Part shown: one piece after another, positions 1-9,993 of the stretch
How positions within the stretch are numbered: the stretch's first letter is position 1
Layout: each line of letters begins with the position of its first letter
Assembly: GCA_963846325.1 (NCBI GenBank)
Contig: CAWJVO010000009.1
Location: 174,947 to 238,946 of the forward strand
Source: an uncultured bacterium
Lineage (GTDB): Bacteria; Krumholzibacteriota; Krumholzibacteriia; Krumholzibacteriales; Krumholzibacteriaceae
Reading direction: 5' to 3'
Length of the DNA: 64,000 bases
Notes under the pieces: model-generated
The model's database searches: none
Seen by the model: the letters and a program-made list of their open reading frames with translations, nothing else
What the model was told of the DNA's origin: nothing
Made by a program: the position numbers and the translations under genes

Positions 1-1746
1 CTCCGCGCGGGCCTTCGCGACGAGGGCGTCCCGATCCTCCTTGAAGCGGTCGAGACGGTCATGATAGCTTTCGATGAGCTCCGCGAGGAGCCGCTCTTTC
101 TCGGCGAGCTCCTTGCCTTTTTCCCCGACGAGGCGCTCCGTCTTTTCGAGATGCGCGAGCAGCTCCTCGAGCCGGAGCGACTCGCTTGAAAGGCCCGCGA
201 TCGCGCGCTCGACGACGTCCCGCGGAAGCCCGAGACGCCCGGCCATCTCGATCCCCCAGCTTCTCCCCGGAACACCCATCCTGAGCATGAAGAGCGGTTC
301 GAGCCGGTCGGGATCGAAATCGAGCGTCGCGTTGCGCGCGCCCGGCGCGCCGTGCGCCCATCCCTTGAGCGCTTTCAGATGCGTCGTCACGATGACCCGC
401 CCGCACGAACGAACGAGCCGTTCGAGGGCGGCCTCGGCGAGCGCCGCGCCTTCCTCGGGATCGGTCCCGTCGCCGATCTCGTCGATGAGAACGAGCGACG
501 CGCCGCTCGATCGCTCGAGAATGTGCTTCAGCCGCACGATGCGCGAGGAAAAGGTGCTGAGCGATTTCTCGATCGATTGGTCGTCGCCGATATCGACGAA
601 GACCTCGTCGTGGAAAGGAACTGCCGTGCCGTGATCGCACGGAACGAGGAGCCCCGATCGATCCATGAGCACGACGAGCCCGATCGTTTTGAGGGCGATC
701 GTTTTTCCGCCGGCGTTCGGACCGGATATAACGAGGGCCTTGAGATCTCCGTCGCAGACCAGGTCGAGCGGCTTGACCGCCCTCCCCGCCCCCTCGTCCG
801 CCATCCGCTTCTCGAGCAGCGGATGGCGCGCGCCCCGGAGGGCGAGCTTCCCGTCCGCGCCGCGCTCGGGCATCACGCAGCGGAACCGCCGCGCGAAAGA
901 GGCCCTCGCGGAAACGAGATCGAGATCGAGGAGCGTATCCTGGTTGCCGAGAAGCGCGTCCTTTCTCCGCAGCACGTCGGACGAGAGATCGAGCAGAATC
1001 CGCGCGATCTCGTCCCGCTCCTCCTCGAGCATCGATTCGAGCCGGTTGTTCTCGTCCACGAATTCGAGCGGTTCCACGTAGAGCGACGCGCCGCTCCCGC
1101 TCGTCTGGTGCACGATTCCCTTGATCCGGCCCGCCTCGCTTCGCGGAAGGGAAACGACGTACCGCTCGCCGCGGATCGTCACGAACTCGTAGCCCTTTCC
1201 CCCGCCGATGCGATCCGCGAAACCGGAAACGGAACGGCGCAGCCTGTTTCTGAGCGTCCCGAGCTCCTTCCTGAGCTTCCCGAGCTTCTGGCTCGCGCGG
1301 TCGAGCACCTCGTGATCCGGGCCGATAGCCCGCTCGACGCTCGCGATGAATTCGCTCTGTATGGAAAAGGCTCCCCGGCGCGCGGCGAGGAGCGGGAGGC
1401 GCTCCTCGTGCCGTTTCAGAAAGCGGCCCGCTTCCGCCGCTTTCGCCTCGGCGTTCGCGACGGTCGCGAGCTCCTCTCCCGTGAAAAGATGGCCCTCGGC
1501 TTTCGCCGCGTTTACGATCCGGTGGCTGTCCCGCCAACCGGGAAGAGGCAGGCTCTCGCCGCTCTCCATGAGCTTGACGAGCTCGACCGTTTCTTCCTGG
1601 AGCCGGATGGACTCTTCGGGGACGTCGACGGGCCGGAAGGCGCGGATCGCCTCTCTTGAGCGATCGCTCCCCGCGAAACCGGCCACGAGATCGAGAACGG
1701 CCGCGAACTCGAGCTTCTCCGCGGCATGCGCGAAATCTTCGCTCAC
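1..1746 (-). CDS. mutS2: Endonuclease MutS2 (3' end runs off the window)
   Basis: Manual translation from GTG at 1746 gives MSEDFAHAAEKLEF. Contains P-loop LVISGPNAGGKT, FVDIGDDQSIEKSLSTFSS and Walker B LIDEIGDGTDPEEGAAL. Missing from the ORF track because no stop codon lies in the window. Confidence 0.9.
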   Translation of the reverse strand, partial: MSEDFAHAAEKLEFAAVLDLVAGFAGSDRSREAIRAFRPVDVPEESIRLQEETVELVKLMESGESLPLPGWRDSHRIVNAAKAEGHLFTGEELATVANAEAKAAEAGRFLKRHEERLPLLAARRGAFSIQSEFIASVERAIGPDHEVLDRASQKLGKLRKELGTLRNRLRRSVSGFADRIGGGKGYEFVTIRGERYVVSLPRSEAGRIKGIVHQTSGSGASLYVEPLEFVDENNRLESMLEEERDEIARILLDLSSDVLRRKDALLGNQDTLLDLDLVSARASFARRFRCVMPERGADGKLALRGARHPLLEKRMADEGAGRAVKPLDLVCDGDLKALVISGPNAGGKTIALKTIGLVVLMDRSGLLVPCDHGTAVPFHDEVFVDIGDDQSIEKSLSTFSSRIVRLKHILERSSGASLVLIDEIGDGTDPEEGAALAEAALERLVRSCGRVIVTTHLKALKGWAHGAPGARNATLDFDPDRLEPLFMLRMGVPGRSWGIEMAGRLGLPRDVVERAIAGLSSESLRLEELLAHLEKTERLVGEKGKELAEKERLLAELIESYHDRLDRFKEDRDALVAKARAE

Positions 1747-1807
1747 CACAAGGTCGCCCCCCTTGCCGTTCTGTTCTCCCCTGCAGATTGATATACGCGA
1801 AACGCGC

Positions 1808-2359
1808 TCAAAGAGTTCCCCGCGTCGGCCGCGCCTGCACGAAGTCGCTCGATCCGAGGGGAACGGAGGACCGTTTCATGAAAAAGTTGTAGACGCGGGG
1901 CAGCACGGGATGCACCGCCGTCGCGACCCGATTCGCCTTGATCTTCGCCGTCAGGCCGCCCGCGGCCGGAACGCTGAAGAGCAGCACGCAGACGAGGCTC
2001 ACGAACAGAACCCCTTTCACGGCGCCGAAAAGAGCCCCGCCGATCCGGTCGACGGGGGCGAGAATCGTGACGCTCACGATCTTCTGAAACAGGACGCCCA
2101 AAAGATGGAACGCGAGCGCGACGGCGACGAAAACGACCGCGGAGAAAAAGAAACGAACCACGGCGTACGAGATCTTCGTGGATCCCTGGAACCGGTCCGC
2201 GAACGCGTGCCCCAGGTAGTACGCGCCGATGAACGCCGCGATGAGCCCCGCGATCTCGAAAAGCTGGCGCACGAGCCCCCTTCGAATCCCGTCGACGAAG
2301 AAGAAAAGAACGATGAGACCGATGACGATCGTGATGACGGTGTCCATGCCCATGCTCAC
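1808..2359 (-). CDS. cvpA: CvpA (colicin V production) family membrane protein
   Basis: GIRRGLVRQ and DRIGGALFGAVKG motifs, several TM helices, adjacent to mutS2. Start could be 2353 or 2347. Confidence 0.8.
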   Translation of the reverse strand: MSMGMDTVITIVIGLIVLFFFVDGIRRGLVRQLFEIAGLIAAFIGAYYLGHAFADRFQGSTKISYAVVRFFFSAVVFVAVALAFHLLGVLFQKIVSVTILAPVDRIGGALFGAVKGVLFVSLVCVLLFSVPAAGGLTAKIKANRVATAVHPVLPRVYNFFMKRSSVPLGSSDFVQARPTRGTL

Positions 2360-2814
2360 GCCTTTCCCAGAAGCTCGGAAACGACGCGATTGACCGCGGC
2401 GCCGTCGACCTTGCCCTTGAAGCGCTTCATCATCTCGCCCATGACCCGCCCCATGTCCCGCGGCGTCGCGGCGCCGATGTCGGCGATCACCCGCGCGGCT
2501 TCGCGCCGGATATCCTCGTCGCTCATCTGTTCGGGCAGATAGGAGAGAACGACGGCGAGATCCGCGTTCTCCTTCGCGACGAGGTCGGCCCTCCCCGCTT
2601 TTGTGAACTCTTCGATCGATTCTCTGATCCGGCGCGCGTAGCTGGCGACGACGGCGAGCTCTTTCTCGTCGGAAAGCTCTTCCCGCTCTTCGAGCTCGGC
2701 GTTCTTGAGCGCGTTCAGGACCATGCGCAGGGTGCTCACCCGCGTCTTGTCCTGGGCCTTCACGGCGGTCTTGAGATCCTCCTGGATCTTCAGGGCAATG
2801 ACATTGCCGGCCAT
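2356..2814 (-). CDS. GatB/YqeY domain protein
   Basis: MAGNVIALKIQEDLKTAVKAQDK...YLPEQMS...DMGRVMG...GKVDG. True start taken as the ATG at 2814 inside the longer track ORF. Confidence 0.88.
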   Translation of the reverse strand: MAGNVIALKIQEDLKTAVKAQDKTRVSTLRMVLNALKNAELEEREELSDEKELAVVASYARRIRESIEEFTKAGRADLVAKENADLAVVLSYLPEQMSDEDIRREAARVIADIGAATPRDMGRVMGEMMKRFKGKVDGAAVNRVVSELLGKA

Positions 2815-2855
2815 AGAGACCCCCTCTTTGCGTGACGCTGAAATCCCCCGCGTGA

Positions 2856-2885
2856 AGTATACGTGCGACCGGTGCGCCTTGTCAA
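2856..2885 (-). promoter_or_regulatory. Sigma70-type promoter for yqeY-cvpA-mutS2
   Basis: Minus strand TTGACA-N18-TATACT upstream of the ATG at 2814. Confidence 0.6.
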
Positions 2886-2903
2886 GACGGGCGTCCCGGC
2901 GAA

Positions 2904-3623
2904 TCAGGCAGATGCCGGACGGCGAATCATGAGCCGGTAGGAGAGGCAGATCGCGGCGGTCTCCGTCCGCAGCCTGAGCGGACCGAGAGAAAGGCACTTC
3001 GCTCCCCCGGCGACGATCCGCTCGACTTCCTCGCGGCTCAGCCCTCCTTCGGGGCCGACGATGCCGAGAACGGGCCCTTCTCCCTCCCGCAGGATGTCCA
3101 GGACGTCCGGGACGCCCGGCGGAGCCCCCTGATCGGCGACGAACGCCGCCGAATAGGCGCTTATCCGCGCGACGAGGGAATCGAAGCTCTCGATCCGTTC
3201 TATCCCCGGAAAATACGGCTGCCCCGATTGCTTGCACGAAGCGACGATCTTGCGGCGGATCCGTTCGACCTTGAGATCCCCCTCGTCCCCCCCGCCCCGC
3301 CAGACGCTCCGCTCCGCCCTGAACGGCAGAATCGTCCGAACGCCGAGCTCCGTGCATTTTTCGACGGCGAGATCGAAGCGAGGCGCCTTGATGATCCCGA
3401 TCGCGATGTCGACCGGAGGAGGCTCGATCGCCTTCGAGAACGAGATCACCTCGAACGCGGCCTCCCTCGCGCCGACGCGCGCCATGCGCGCCTCCCACGT
3501 TCCCCCGCGGCCGTCGAGGAATGTCACGACGTCGCCGACGCGGACCCGCGCGACCCCGGCGCAATGATGAAACTCGGGGCCGTCGAGCAGAATCATGCCC
3601 TCCCGCTCGGCTCCCGGGGCCAT
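2904..3623 (-). CDS. rsmE: 16S rRNA m3U1498 methyltransferase RsmE
   Basis: EKCTELGV, ASCKQSG, VGPEGG and SLGPLRLRTETAA SPOUT motifs; follows dnaJ. Start codon uncertain. Confidence 0.9.
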   Translation of the reverse strand: MAPGAEREGMILLDGPEFHHCAGVARVRVGDVVTFLDGRGGTWEARMARVGAREAAFEVISFSKAIEPPPVDIAIGIIKAPRFDLAVEKCTELGVRTILPFRAERSVWRGGGDEGDLKVERIRRKIVASCKQSGQPYFPGIERIESFDSLVARISAYSAAFVADQGAPPGVPDVLDILREGEGPVLGIVGPEGGLSREEVERIVAGGAKCLSLGPLRLRTETAAICLSYRLMIRRPASA

Positions 3624-3642
3624 GAGAAAAAAGCGATCGCTT

Positions 3643-4785
3643 TTACTGCGGCTGTGCTTTCGAGCCGACGGCCGGAGGCTTTTCCCTGATCCTTTTCTCG
3701 AGTCCCTCAAAGGCTTCACGCTCTTCCTTGGTGAGGTTCCGAGGAGTCCACGCGACGAGGCGCACGAGCTGGTCACCCCTGCCGTACGAATTGAGATGTG
3801 GAATGCCTTTTCCCTTGAGACGCAGCACCTTGTGAGATTGCGTTCCGGCGGGCACCTTGATCGCCGCGGTGCCTTCGAGCGTCGGAATCTCGATGCGGGC
3901 TCCGAGGGCGAGCTGGGAGAAGCTCACGGGAAGGTCGCACGCGATATCGTACCCGTGGCGCTCGAAAACCGGATCCTCGATCTCCTCGATGAGTATGATG
4001 AGGTCGCCCGCCGGCCCTCCCCGCGTCCCCGCGTCTCCCTGGCCTTCGAGCCTGATATAGTTCCCCGTCGCCACTCCCGCCGGGATCTTGACCTCGACGT
4101 TCTTGCTCCCCTCGACCGCCGCCGCTCCCCCGCACGCGGGGCACGGATCGCTGATGAGCGATCCTTCGCCGCTGCAGGTCGGACACGCCTGGATGTTCAC
4201 GAACTGTCCGAACAGCGATCGCGAGACCTGTCTCAGCTCCCCCGTTCCATGGCAGGCGGGACACGTCTGTTTCGAGGAGCCTTCCTTGGTTCCCTTTCCC
4301 TTGCATCGGCTGCAGGGGACCATTTTCGTGACCTTTATTTTCTTGGTGACGCCCGTCGCTATCTCCCGGAGATCGAGCTGGAGACGCACCTGAAGATCGT
4401 TGCCGCGCCCGCCGGATCGATCCCGCCGCCGCCCTCCTCCCCCTCCGCCGAACACGTCCTCGGCGCCGAACCCGCCGAAGTCGCGCATGAACGCCCTCAA
4501 CGCGTCGCTCAGATCGAAGCCTCCCGAGAAGCCCCCGCCGTAGCCCTGCGGACCGCCGTTCGAGACGCCGCCGTGGCCGAACTGATCGTAGCGCTCGCGC
4601 TTCTCCTTTTCGCGGAGAACCTCGTAGGCTTCGGTCGCTTCCTTGAATTGTTCCTCGGCTTCCCGGTTCCCCGGGTTGCGATCAGGATGGAATTTGAGGG
4701 CGAGCTTCCGGTAGGCTTTCTTTATCTCATCGACGGACGCATCCCGACCGACGCCGAGAACCTCGTAGTAATCCCTTTTCGCCAT
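3643..4785 (-). CDS. dnaJ: Chaperone DnaJ
   Basis: J domain with HPD, G/F-rich linker, four CxxCxGxG-type zinc-finger repeats. Confidence 0.97.
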   Translation of the reverse strand: MAKRDYYEVLGVGRDASVDEIKKAYRKLALKFHPDRNPGNREAEEQFKEATEAYEVLREKEKRERYDQFGHGGVSNGGPQGYGGGFSGGFDLSDALRAFMRDFGGFGAEDVFGGGGGGRRRDRSGGRGNDLQVRLQLDLREIATGVTKKIKVTKMVPCSRCKGKGTKEGSSKQTCPACHGTGELRQVSRSLFGQFVNIQACPTCSGEGSLISDPCPACGGAAAVEGSKNVEVKIPAGVATGNYIRLEGQGDAGTRGGPAGDLIILIEEIEDPVFERHGYDIACDLPVSFSQLALGARIEIPTLEGTAAIKVPAGTQSHKVLRLKGKGIPHLNSYGRGDQLVRLVAWTPRNLTKEEREAFEGLEKRIREKPPAVGSKAQPQ

Positions 4786-4832
4786 TCCTCCCCAGACTCA
4801 CCGTGTGCGGCAAAAAGCATCCAGAACGTCTC

Positions 4833-6668
4833 TCAACTCCCGCCGGAGTAATCCTGTTTGGCGCTGGCATTATACATGAGTTCGGCGATTTTATATACGG
4901 CAATCGACAACCGCTCGATCGCTTTTCGCATCTCGTCGAGATCAGAGTCCGGCTTCGCCACGAGCGCCTTGAGCGTCGAGAGCGCGTCGTCGATCGTTTC
5001 CCGGTCGCTCTGGGAGACGCTGTCGCCGTGATCCTTGAGCGTCTGCTCGGCCGAGTAGACGAGCACCTCGGCTTCGTTCCGGATCTTCACGCCTCCGCGC
5101 TTGACCTCGTCGTCCGCCGCGTGCTCCTCGGCGTCGTTCACCATGCGGTCGACCTCTTCCTGGCTCAGACCGCTCGAAACCTTGATCTGGATCTTCTGCT
5201 CCTTGCCCGTCCCGAGGTCCTTGGCCGATACGTGAACGATCCCGTTCGCGTCGATGTCGAAACTGACCTCGATCTGGGGAACGCCCCGCGGGGCGGTCGG
5301 AATGCCGACGAGGTCGAACCGGGCGAGCGTCCTGTTGTCCTTCGCGAGCTCCCGCTCCCCCTGCACCACGTGAATGCTCACGGCGGGCTGATTGTCGGTC
5401 GCGGTGGAGAATATCTGGCTCTTCCGGCACGGAATCGCCGTGTTGCGCTCGATGAGCTTCGTCATGAGGCCGCCGAGCGTCTCGATTCCGAGCGAGAGAG
5501 GAGTCACGTCGAGAAGAAGCAGCTCTTCGACCTGTCCCGAGAGAACGCCCGCCTGGATCGCGGCGCCCATCGCGACGACCTCGTCGGGATTGACTCCCTT
5601 GTGCGGCTCTTTCCTGAAAAAATCCTTCACGAACTTGCGCACGGCCGGGATGCGCGTCGAGCCGCCGACGAGTATGACCTCGTCGATCTGATCGGTCGTC
5701 AGATTCGCGTCATGAAGCGCCTGACGGCACGGATCGAGAGTCTTCTGGATCAGCGGATGAACGAGCTTTTCCATCGTCGCTCTCGTGAGAATCATGTCGA
5801 GATGCTTCGGGCCGTCGTTGTCGGCGTGAATGAACGGCAGGTTGATATTCGTTTCGTACACGGTCGAAAGCTCGCATTTCGCCTTCTCGGCCGCCTCGCG
5901 GATGCGTTGGAGCGCCATGCGATCGTTCGAGAGGTCGATTCCGGTCGACATCTTGAAATCCCCCACGATCCAGTCCTGGATCGCGCGGTCGAAGTCGTCG
6001 CCGCCCAGCATCGTGTCGCCGCTCGTCGATTTCACCTGATAGACGCCGTCGGAAAGCTCGAGGATCGAGACGTCGAACGTGCCGCCGCCGAGATCGTAGA
6101 CGGCGATCTTGCCCCCGCGCTGCTTCTCGAGCCCGTAGGCGAGAGCGGCGGCGGTCGGTTCGTTGACGATCCGCAGGACTTCGAGTCCGGCGATCCTGCC
6201 GGCGTCTTTCGTGGCCTGGCGCTGCGCGTCGTTGAAATACGCGGGCACCGTGATAACGGCCTGGGTGACCTCTTCGCCGACGAACTCGTCCGCGAACTGC
6301 TTGATCGCCCGGAGGATCATGGCCGAGATCTCGGGCGGCTGATAGCTCTTGTCCTTGAGCTGAATCAGGATCTCGTCGTTCTTCCCCTGCTTGACGTTGT
6401 AGGAGACGCGTCCGATCTCGTCCTTGGCCTCCGAGAATCGCCTCCCCATGAATCGCTTGATCGAATAGACGGTGTTGTCGGGATTCGTGATAGCCTGTCG
6501 TTTCGCGAGATGGCCGACGAGCCGTTCGTTGTTCTTCGCCGTCGCGACGACCGACGGAGTCGTCCGTCCGCCGTCCGAGTTGGGAATGATCACTGGCTCG
6601 TTGCCTTCGATAACGGCGACGCAGGAGTAGGTCGTTCCGAGATCAATTCCGATTACCTTTCCCATCAT
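4833..6668 (-). CDS. dnaK: Chaperone DnaK (Hsp70)
   Basis: [41 protein letters not shown]. Confidence 0.98.
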   Translation of the reverse strand: MMGKVIGIDLGTTYSCVAVIEGNEPVIIPNSDGGRTTPSVVATAKNNERLVGHLAKRQAITNPDNTVYSIKRFMGRRFSEAKDEIGRVSYNVKQGKNDEILIQLKDKSYQPPEISAMILRAIKQFADEFVGEEVTQAVITVPAYFNDAQRQATKDAGRIAGLEVLRIVNEPTAAALAYGLEKQRGGKIAVYDLGGGTFDVSILELSDGVYQVKSTSGDTMLGGDDFDRAIQDWIVGDFKMSTGIDLSNDRMALQRIREAAEKAKCELSTVYETNINLPFIHADNDGPKHLDMILTRATMEKLVHPLIQKTLDPCRQALHDANLTTDQIDEVILVGGSTRIPAVRKFVKDFFRKEPHKGVNPDEVVAMGAAIQAGVLSGQVEELLLLDVTPLSLGIETLGGLMTKLIERNTAIPCRKSQIFSTATDNQPAVSIHVVQGERELAKDNRTLARFDLVGIPTAPRGVPQIEVSFDIDANGIVHVSAKDLGTGKEQKIQIKVSSGLSQEEVDRMVNDAEEHAADDEVKRGGVKIRNEAEVLVYSAEQTLKDHGDSVSQSDRETIDDALSTLKALVAKPDSDLDEMRKAIERLSIAVYKIAELMYNASAKQDYSGGS

Positions 6669-6705
6669 CGGTCCCTTTCCGATTGAGATATCTCTTCGAA
6701 CCCGG

Positions 6706-7446
6706 CTATCCTCGCTTCTTGGACACGAGCACCCGAGCGGGCCGCAGAACCTGATCGTGGAGCGTGTACCCTCTCTGTATCACCTGCGCCACATGTCCTT
6801 CTTCGATATCGCTCTCGATCTCGCCGATCGCCTCGTGATATTGGGCGTCGAATCTCTTGGCCTGCGCCTCTATCTCCGCCAGACCGGCCTTCCTGAGAAT
6901 ATCCATGAGGCCGGCATGTATAAGCCTGATCCCCTCCTGAATATGATCCTCCGCCCCACCCAGGCTCTCAAAGGCGCGATCGAAGTTATCAATACCCCAG
7001 ATGATCTCCCTGATGAGATCGGCGTTCGCATTCTTTTGAAGCAATTCCCATTCCCGGCGTGTGCGTTTCTTGTAATTCTCGAATTCAGCCGCCAGACGAA
7101 GAAGCCTATCATCTTTTGCGGCAAGGTCTTGCTTGGTCTTCTTGAGCTCCTTGTCGAGCTCCATGAGCATGGCGTTCTTTCGCTGGATGAGATCGAGCAA
7201 CTCCTTGCGCCTGGCCCTTTTTGTGCGCTTTTGCAAGATCTCGGCAGTTTCCCCGCCATCCGCGGCAGGACTTTCGTTCGTCGCGGCGCCCGGATCGCTT
7301 CCGACCGTTCCGCCGCCGTCGTCTCCGCCGGAAGCCCCTTCATTCCCTTCCCGTTCCCCGGCATCCGCGCCGGTTTCGGGAGATTCGGGGGCGGTTTCGC
7401 GATCGATTTCGCTCTCGCTGATATCCCATTCCCTGTCAGGCGTCAA
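6706..7446 (-). CDS. grpE: Nucleotide exchange factor GrpE
   Basis: [37 protein letters not shown]; TTG start with an AGGAGG Shine-Dalgarno. Confidence 0.93.
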   Translation of the reverse strand: MTPDREWDISESEIDRETAPESPETGADAGEREGNEGASGGDDGGGTVGSDPGAATNESPAADGGETAEILQKRTKRARRKELLDLIQRKNAMLMELDKELKKTKQDLAAKDDRLLRLAAEFENYKKRTRREWELLQKNANADLIREIIWGIDNFDRAFESLGGAEDHIQEGIRLIHAGLMDILRKAGLAEIEAQAKRFDAQYHEAIGEIESDIEEGHVAQVIQRGYTLHDQVLRPARVLVSKKRG

Positions 7447-7465
7447 CGATCTCTCCTCCTCGCTG

Positions 7466-8509
7466 TTACGATCGATCCCCGCCGATATGAATATGCTGCA
7501 GCTCCTCGGCCGTTCGATCGAGGAGCGCGAGAACGAGCCCGTACGTCATTCTCGTCGGCCCCAGAACCCCGAGAAGCCCGTCGCATCCGGCGGACCGAAA
7601 CCTCCGCGTCACGATGGCGAACGGCTCGAGCTCACGGATCTTGTTCTCCTTCCCGATCGTGATGGAGACGTCCGCGGCGAGCCTGCTCTTGAGCGCGTTG
7701 AGCATGATGCTCCGCTCTCCCATGAGGCGAACGAGACTCTTCAGGATGAGCGGATCGCCGAGCTCCTGCATATCGATCCGCCTGTCCGATCCCGCGTAGT
7801 AATATCTCAAATCGTACGGCCAGTCGAACAGGTACTCGGCCTCCCTCGAAACCGCTCCCGCGATCTCCCGTTCCATGCCGGCTGTTTCCCGCAGAAAGGC
7901 TTCGAGACGCTCGGGAACCTTCTCGAGCGGATGGCCCGCGACGCGTTCGTTGATCAGCTGCACCGCCCGATCGACGATGGCGGAAGGATAATCCTTCGAG
8001 AATTCGACATAGACCTTCCGCACCGCGTCGGGGAAAAGCCTCAACACGACGAGCCCCCCGCGGGGCTGGAGCCGCGCGATTTCGAGACTTTCGACCACGC
8101 TCCGCGAATGCCTGATACCCATCGACAGCCCCATGTAGCTCGTAAGCTCCCCCAGAAGCTGCGAGGTGATCGCCATGACCTCGCGGACATCGCTCCAATC
8201 CTGGCCGATTCTCCTGCGGACCCTCTCCGCGAGAGGCCGGCTCAAGGCGTCTATCGCCCCGATCCGATCCACGTACAGACGGTACCCGAGATCGCTCGGC
8301 ACCCTCCCCGCGGAAACATGCGGCTTGAACAGAAATCCGAGATCCTCGAGCCGGTGAAGAATGCTCCGGATGTGCGCGGTGCTTTCTTCGAGGCGGCACC
8401 GGGACTTTAGCATGCGGGAGCTGACCGGCTCGCCGGTCGCGACGAAACAGTCGACGACATGCCGTAACATCTTTATTTCATCTGTAGTTATATGATTTTG
8501 TTCGGCCAT
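7466..8509 (-). CDS. hrcA: Heat-inducible transcription repressor HrcA
   Basis: TGEPVSS, KPHVSAGRVPSDLGYRLYVD, GVLGPTRMTY. Start at ATG 8509, directly after the CIRCE element. Confidence 0.93.
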   Translation of the reverse strand: MAEQNHITTDEIKMLRHVVDCFVATGEPVSSRMLKSRCRLEESTAHIRSILHRLEDLGFLFKPHVSAGRVPSDLGYRLYVDRIGAIDALSRPLAERVRRRIGQDWSDVREVMAITSQLLGELTSYMGLSMGIRHSRSVVESLEIARLQPRGGLVVLRLFPDAVRKVYVEFSKDYPSAIVDRAVQLINERVAGHPLEKVPERLEAFLRETAGMEREIAGAVSREAEYLFDWPYDLRYYYAGSDRRIDMQELGDPLILKSLVRLMGERSIMLNALKSRLAADVSITIGKENKIRELEPFAIVTRRFRSAGCDGLLGVLGPTRMTYGLVLALLDRTAEELQHIHIGGDRS

Positions 8510-8511
8510 TC

Positions 8512-8538
8512 TTGGCACTCTCCATGCCCGACTGCCAG
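8512..8538. promoter_or_regulatory. CIRCE element (HrcA operator)
   Basis: TTGGCACTC-N9-GACTGCCAG versus consensus TTAGCACTC-N9-GAGTGCTAA, 2 nt upstream of the hrcA start codon. Confidence 0.88.
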
Positions 8539-8548
8539 CTTCCCAATG

Positions 8549-8577
8549 AATGTACGGTTTCCGTGCAAGCTTGTCAA
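8549..8577 (-). promoter_or_regulatory. Sigma70 promoter of the hrcA-grpE-dnaK-dnaJ operon
   Basis: Minus strand TTGACA-N17-TACATT just upstream of CIRCE. Confidence 0.7.
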
Positions 8578-8619
8578 GAAAGGGGTATGCAAGGGGAAAG
8601 CCAGATTCCGGATCCGGCG

Positions 8620-9225
8620 TCAGCGAATGAGATCGCCGATTCGAGAGAAACGTACCCAGTGCTTCTTGTAATCGAGCGAGAAATAGAGGAAAAGCGCCTT
8701 GCCCCGAAGCAGCTTCTTGTCGACAGGTCCCCAGTAGCGCGAATCGGCGCTGTTGTCCCTGTTGTCTCCGAGGCAGAGGATGAATCCCTCGGGCACGGCA
8801 TAGGGCCCGAAATCGCTCCTCCCGCCCCCTTCGTATTTCGCGTAGCTCTCGGCCTTCTCGACCCCGTCGATGAACAGATGAGTCCCCTTGAGCTCCACCG
8901 TCTGCCCCTCGACCGCGATACATCGCTTGATATAGTCGGTCTTCCGGTCGCCGGGGAACTTGAAGATCACGACGTCGCCCGGTTTCGGATCCCGAACCTT
9001 GGGCAGGCGCATATCCACGAACGGCACCTTCGCCCCGTAGAGAAACTTGTTCGCGAAAAGGAAGTCCCCTTCGAGGAGCGTGTCCATCATCGATCCCGAG
9101 GGAATGTGGTAGCTCTGCACGACGAAGGCGCGGACGACGAGGGCGAGGGCGAGCGCCGTGCCGACGATCTCCACGTACTCGCGCAGCTTCGATTTCTTCT
9201 TCGTGCCCTTCCCGTGCGAATTCAT
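8620..9225 (-). CDS. lepB: Signal peptidase I (copy 2)
   Basis: IPSGSM (catalytic Ser), DYIKR (catalytic Lys), GDNRDNSADSRYWG. Confidence 0.93.
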   Translation of the reverse strand: MNSHGKGTKKKSKLREYVEIVGTALALALVVRAFVVQSYHIPSGSMMDTLLEGDFLFANKFLYGAKVPFVDMRLPKVRDPKPGDVVIFKFPGDRKTDYIKRCIAVEGQTVELKGTHLFIDGVEKAESYAKYEGGGRSDFGPYAVPEGFILCLGDNRDNSADSRYWGPVDKKLLRGKALFLYFSLDYKKHWVRFSRIGDLIR

Positions 9226-9237
9226 CGAGGCCCGCCC

Positions 9238-9846
9238 CTATCGAATGAGATCGCCGATTCTCGCGAATCGGACCCAGTGCTTCGTGTAATCGATGGAGAA
9301 ATAGAGGAACAGCGCCTTGCCCCTGAGCAGCTTCTTGTCGAGAGGCCCCCAGTAGCGCGAATCGTAGCTGTTGTCCCTGTTGTCCCCGAAAACGAGGATG
9401 TGCCCCGGGGGAACGAGATACGGACCGAAGTCGCGGCGGGGAACGTCCCCGTAGAGATACTGCGCGTGGCTTTCGGGCTTCTCGATCCCGTCGACGAACA
9501 GATGAGTCCCCTTGAGCTCAACCGTCTGCCCTTCGACCGCGATGCACCTTTTGATGTAGTCGGTTTTCCGGTCCCCGGGGAACTTGAAGATCACGACGTC
9601 GCCGGGCTTCGGATCGCGGATCTTCGGCAGGCGCCAGTCCACGAACGGCACCTTCGCCCCGTAGAGAAACTTGTTCGCGAAGAGAAAATCCCCCTTGAGG
9701 AGGGTGCTCTCCATCGACTCGGACGGAATATGGTAGCTCTGTATGATGAGCGCGCGGACGATGAGGGCGAGCACCACCGCAGTGACGACGATCTCCGCGT
9801 ACTCGCGCAGCTTCGACTTCTTCTTGTTCTTCTCATCCGAACCCAT
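9238..9846 (-). CDS. lepB: Signal peptidase I (copy 1)
   Basis: IPSESM, DYIKR, GDNRDNSYDSRYWG; near-identical paralog of the adjacent gene. Confidence 0.93.
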   Translation of the reverse strand: MGSDEKNKKKSKLREYAEIVVTAVVLALIVRALIIQSYHIPSESMESTLLKGDFLFANKFLYGAKVPFVDWRLPKIRDPKPGDVVIFKFPGDRKTDYIKRCIAVEGQTVELKGTHLFVDGIEKPESHAQYLYGDVPRRDFGPYLVPPGHILVFGDNRDNSYDSRYWGPLDKKLLRGKALFLYFSIDYTKHWVRFARIGDLIR

Positions 9847-9993
9847 CGGTACCTCCCGTTACATTTCAGCTTTCTTACCATACGAAATCGAGCTGCATTC
9901 TGTTCCAGCGATTCCGGCTGCTTCTTTCCGTCGAACGAACGCGCGATCCCCATCGCTCACCGCGGAGCGATCCGGGCCGGTCCGCGCGGACGA

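Noticed and set aside
4803-6686. 627-aa plus-strand ORF antisense to dnaK, and similar long shadow ORFs (8512-10818, 20793-22868, 26934-29999, 37922-40348, 47463-50852, 61888-63756)
   Set aside because: They mirror well-supported genes on the opposite strand and have no recognisable motifs. Long stop-free antisense frames are expected in high-GC DNA.
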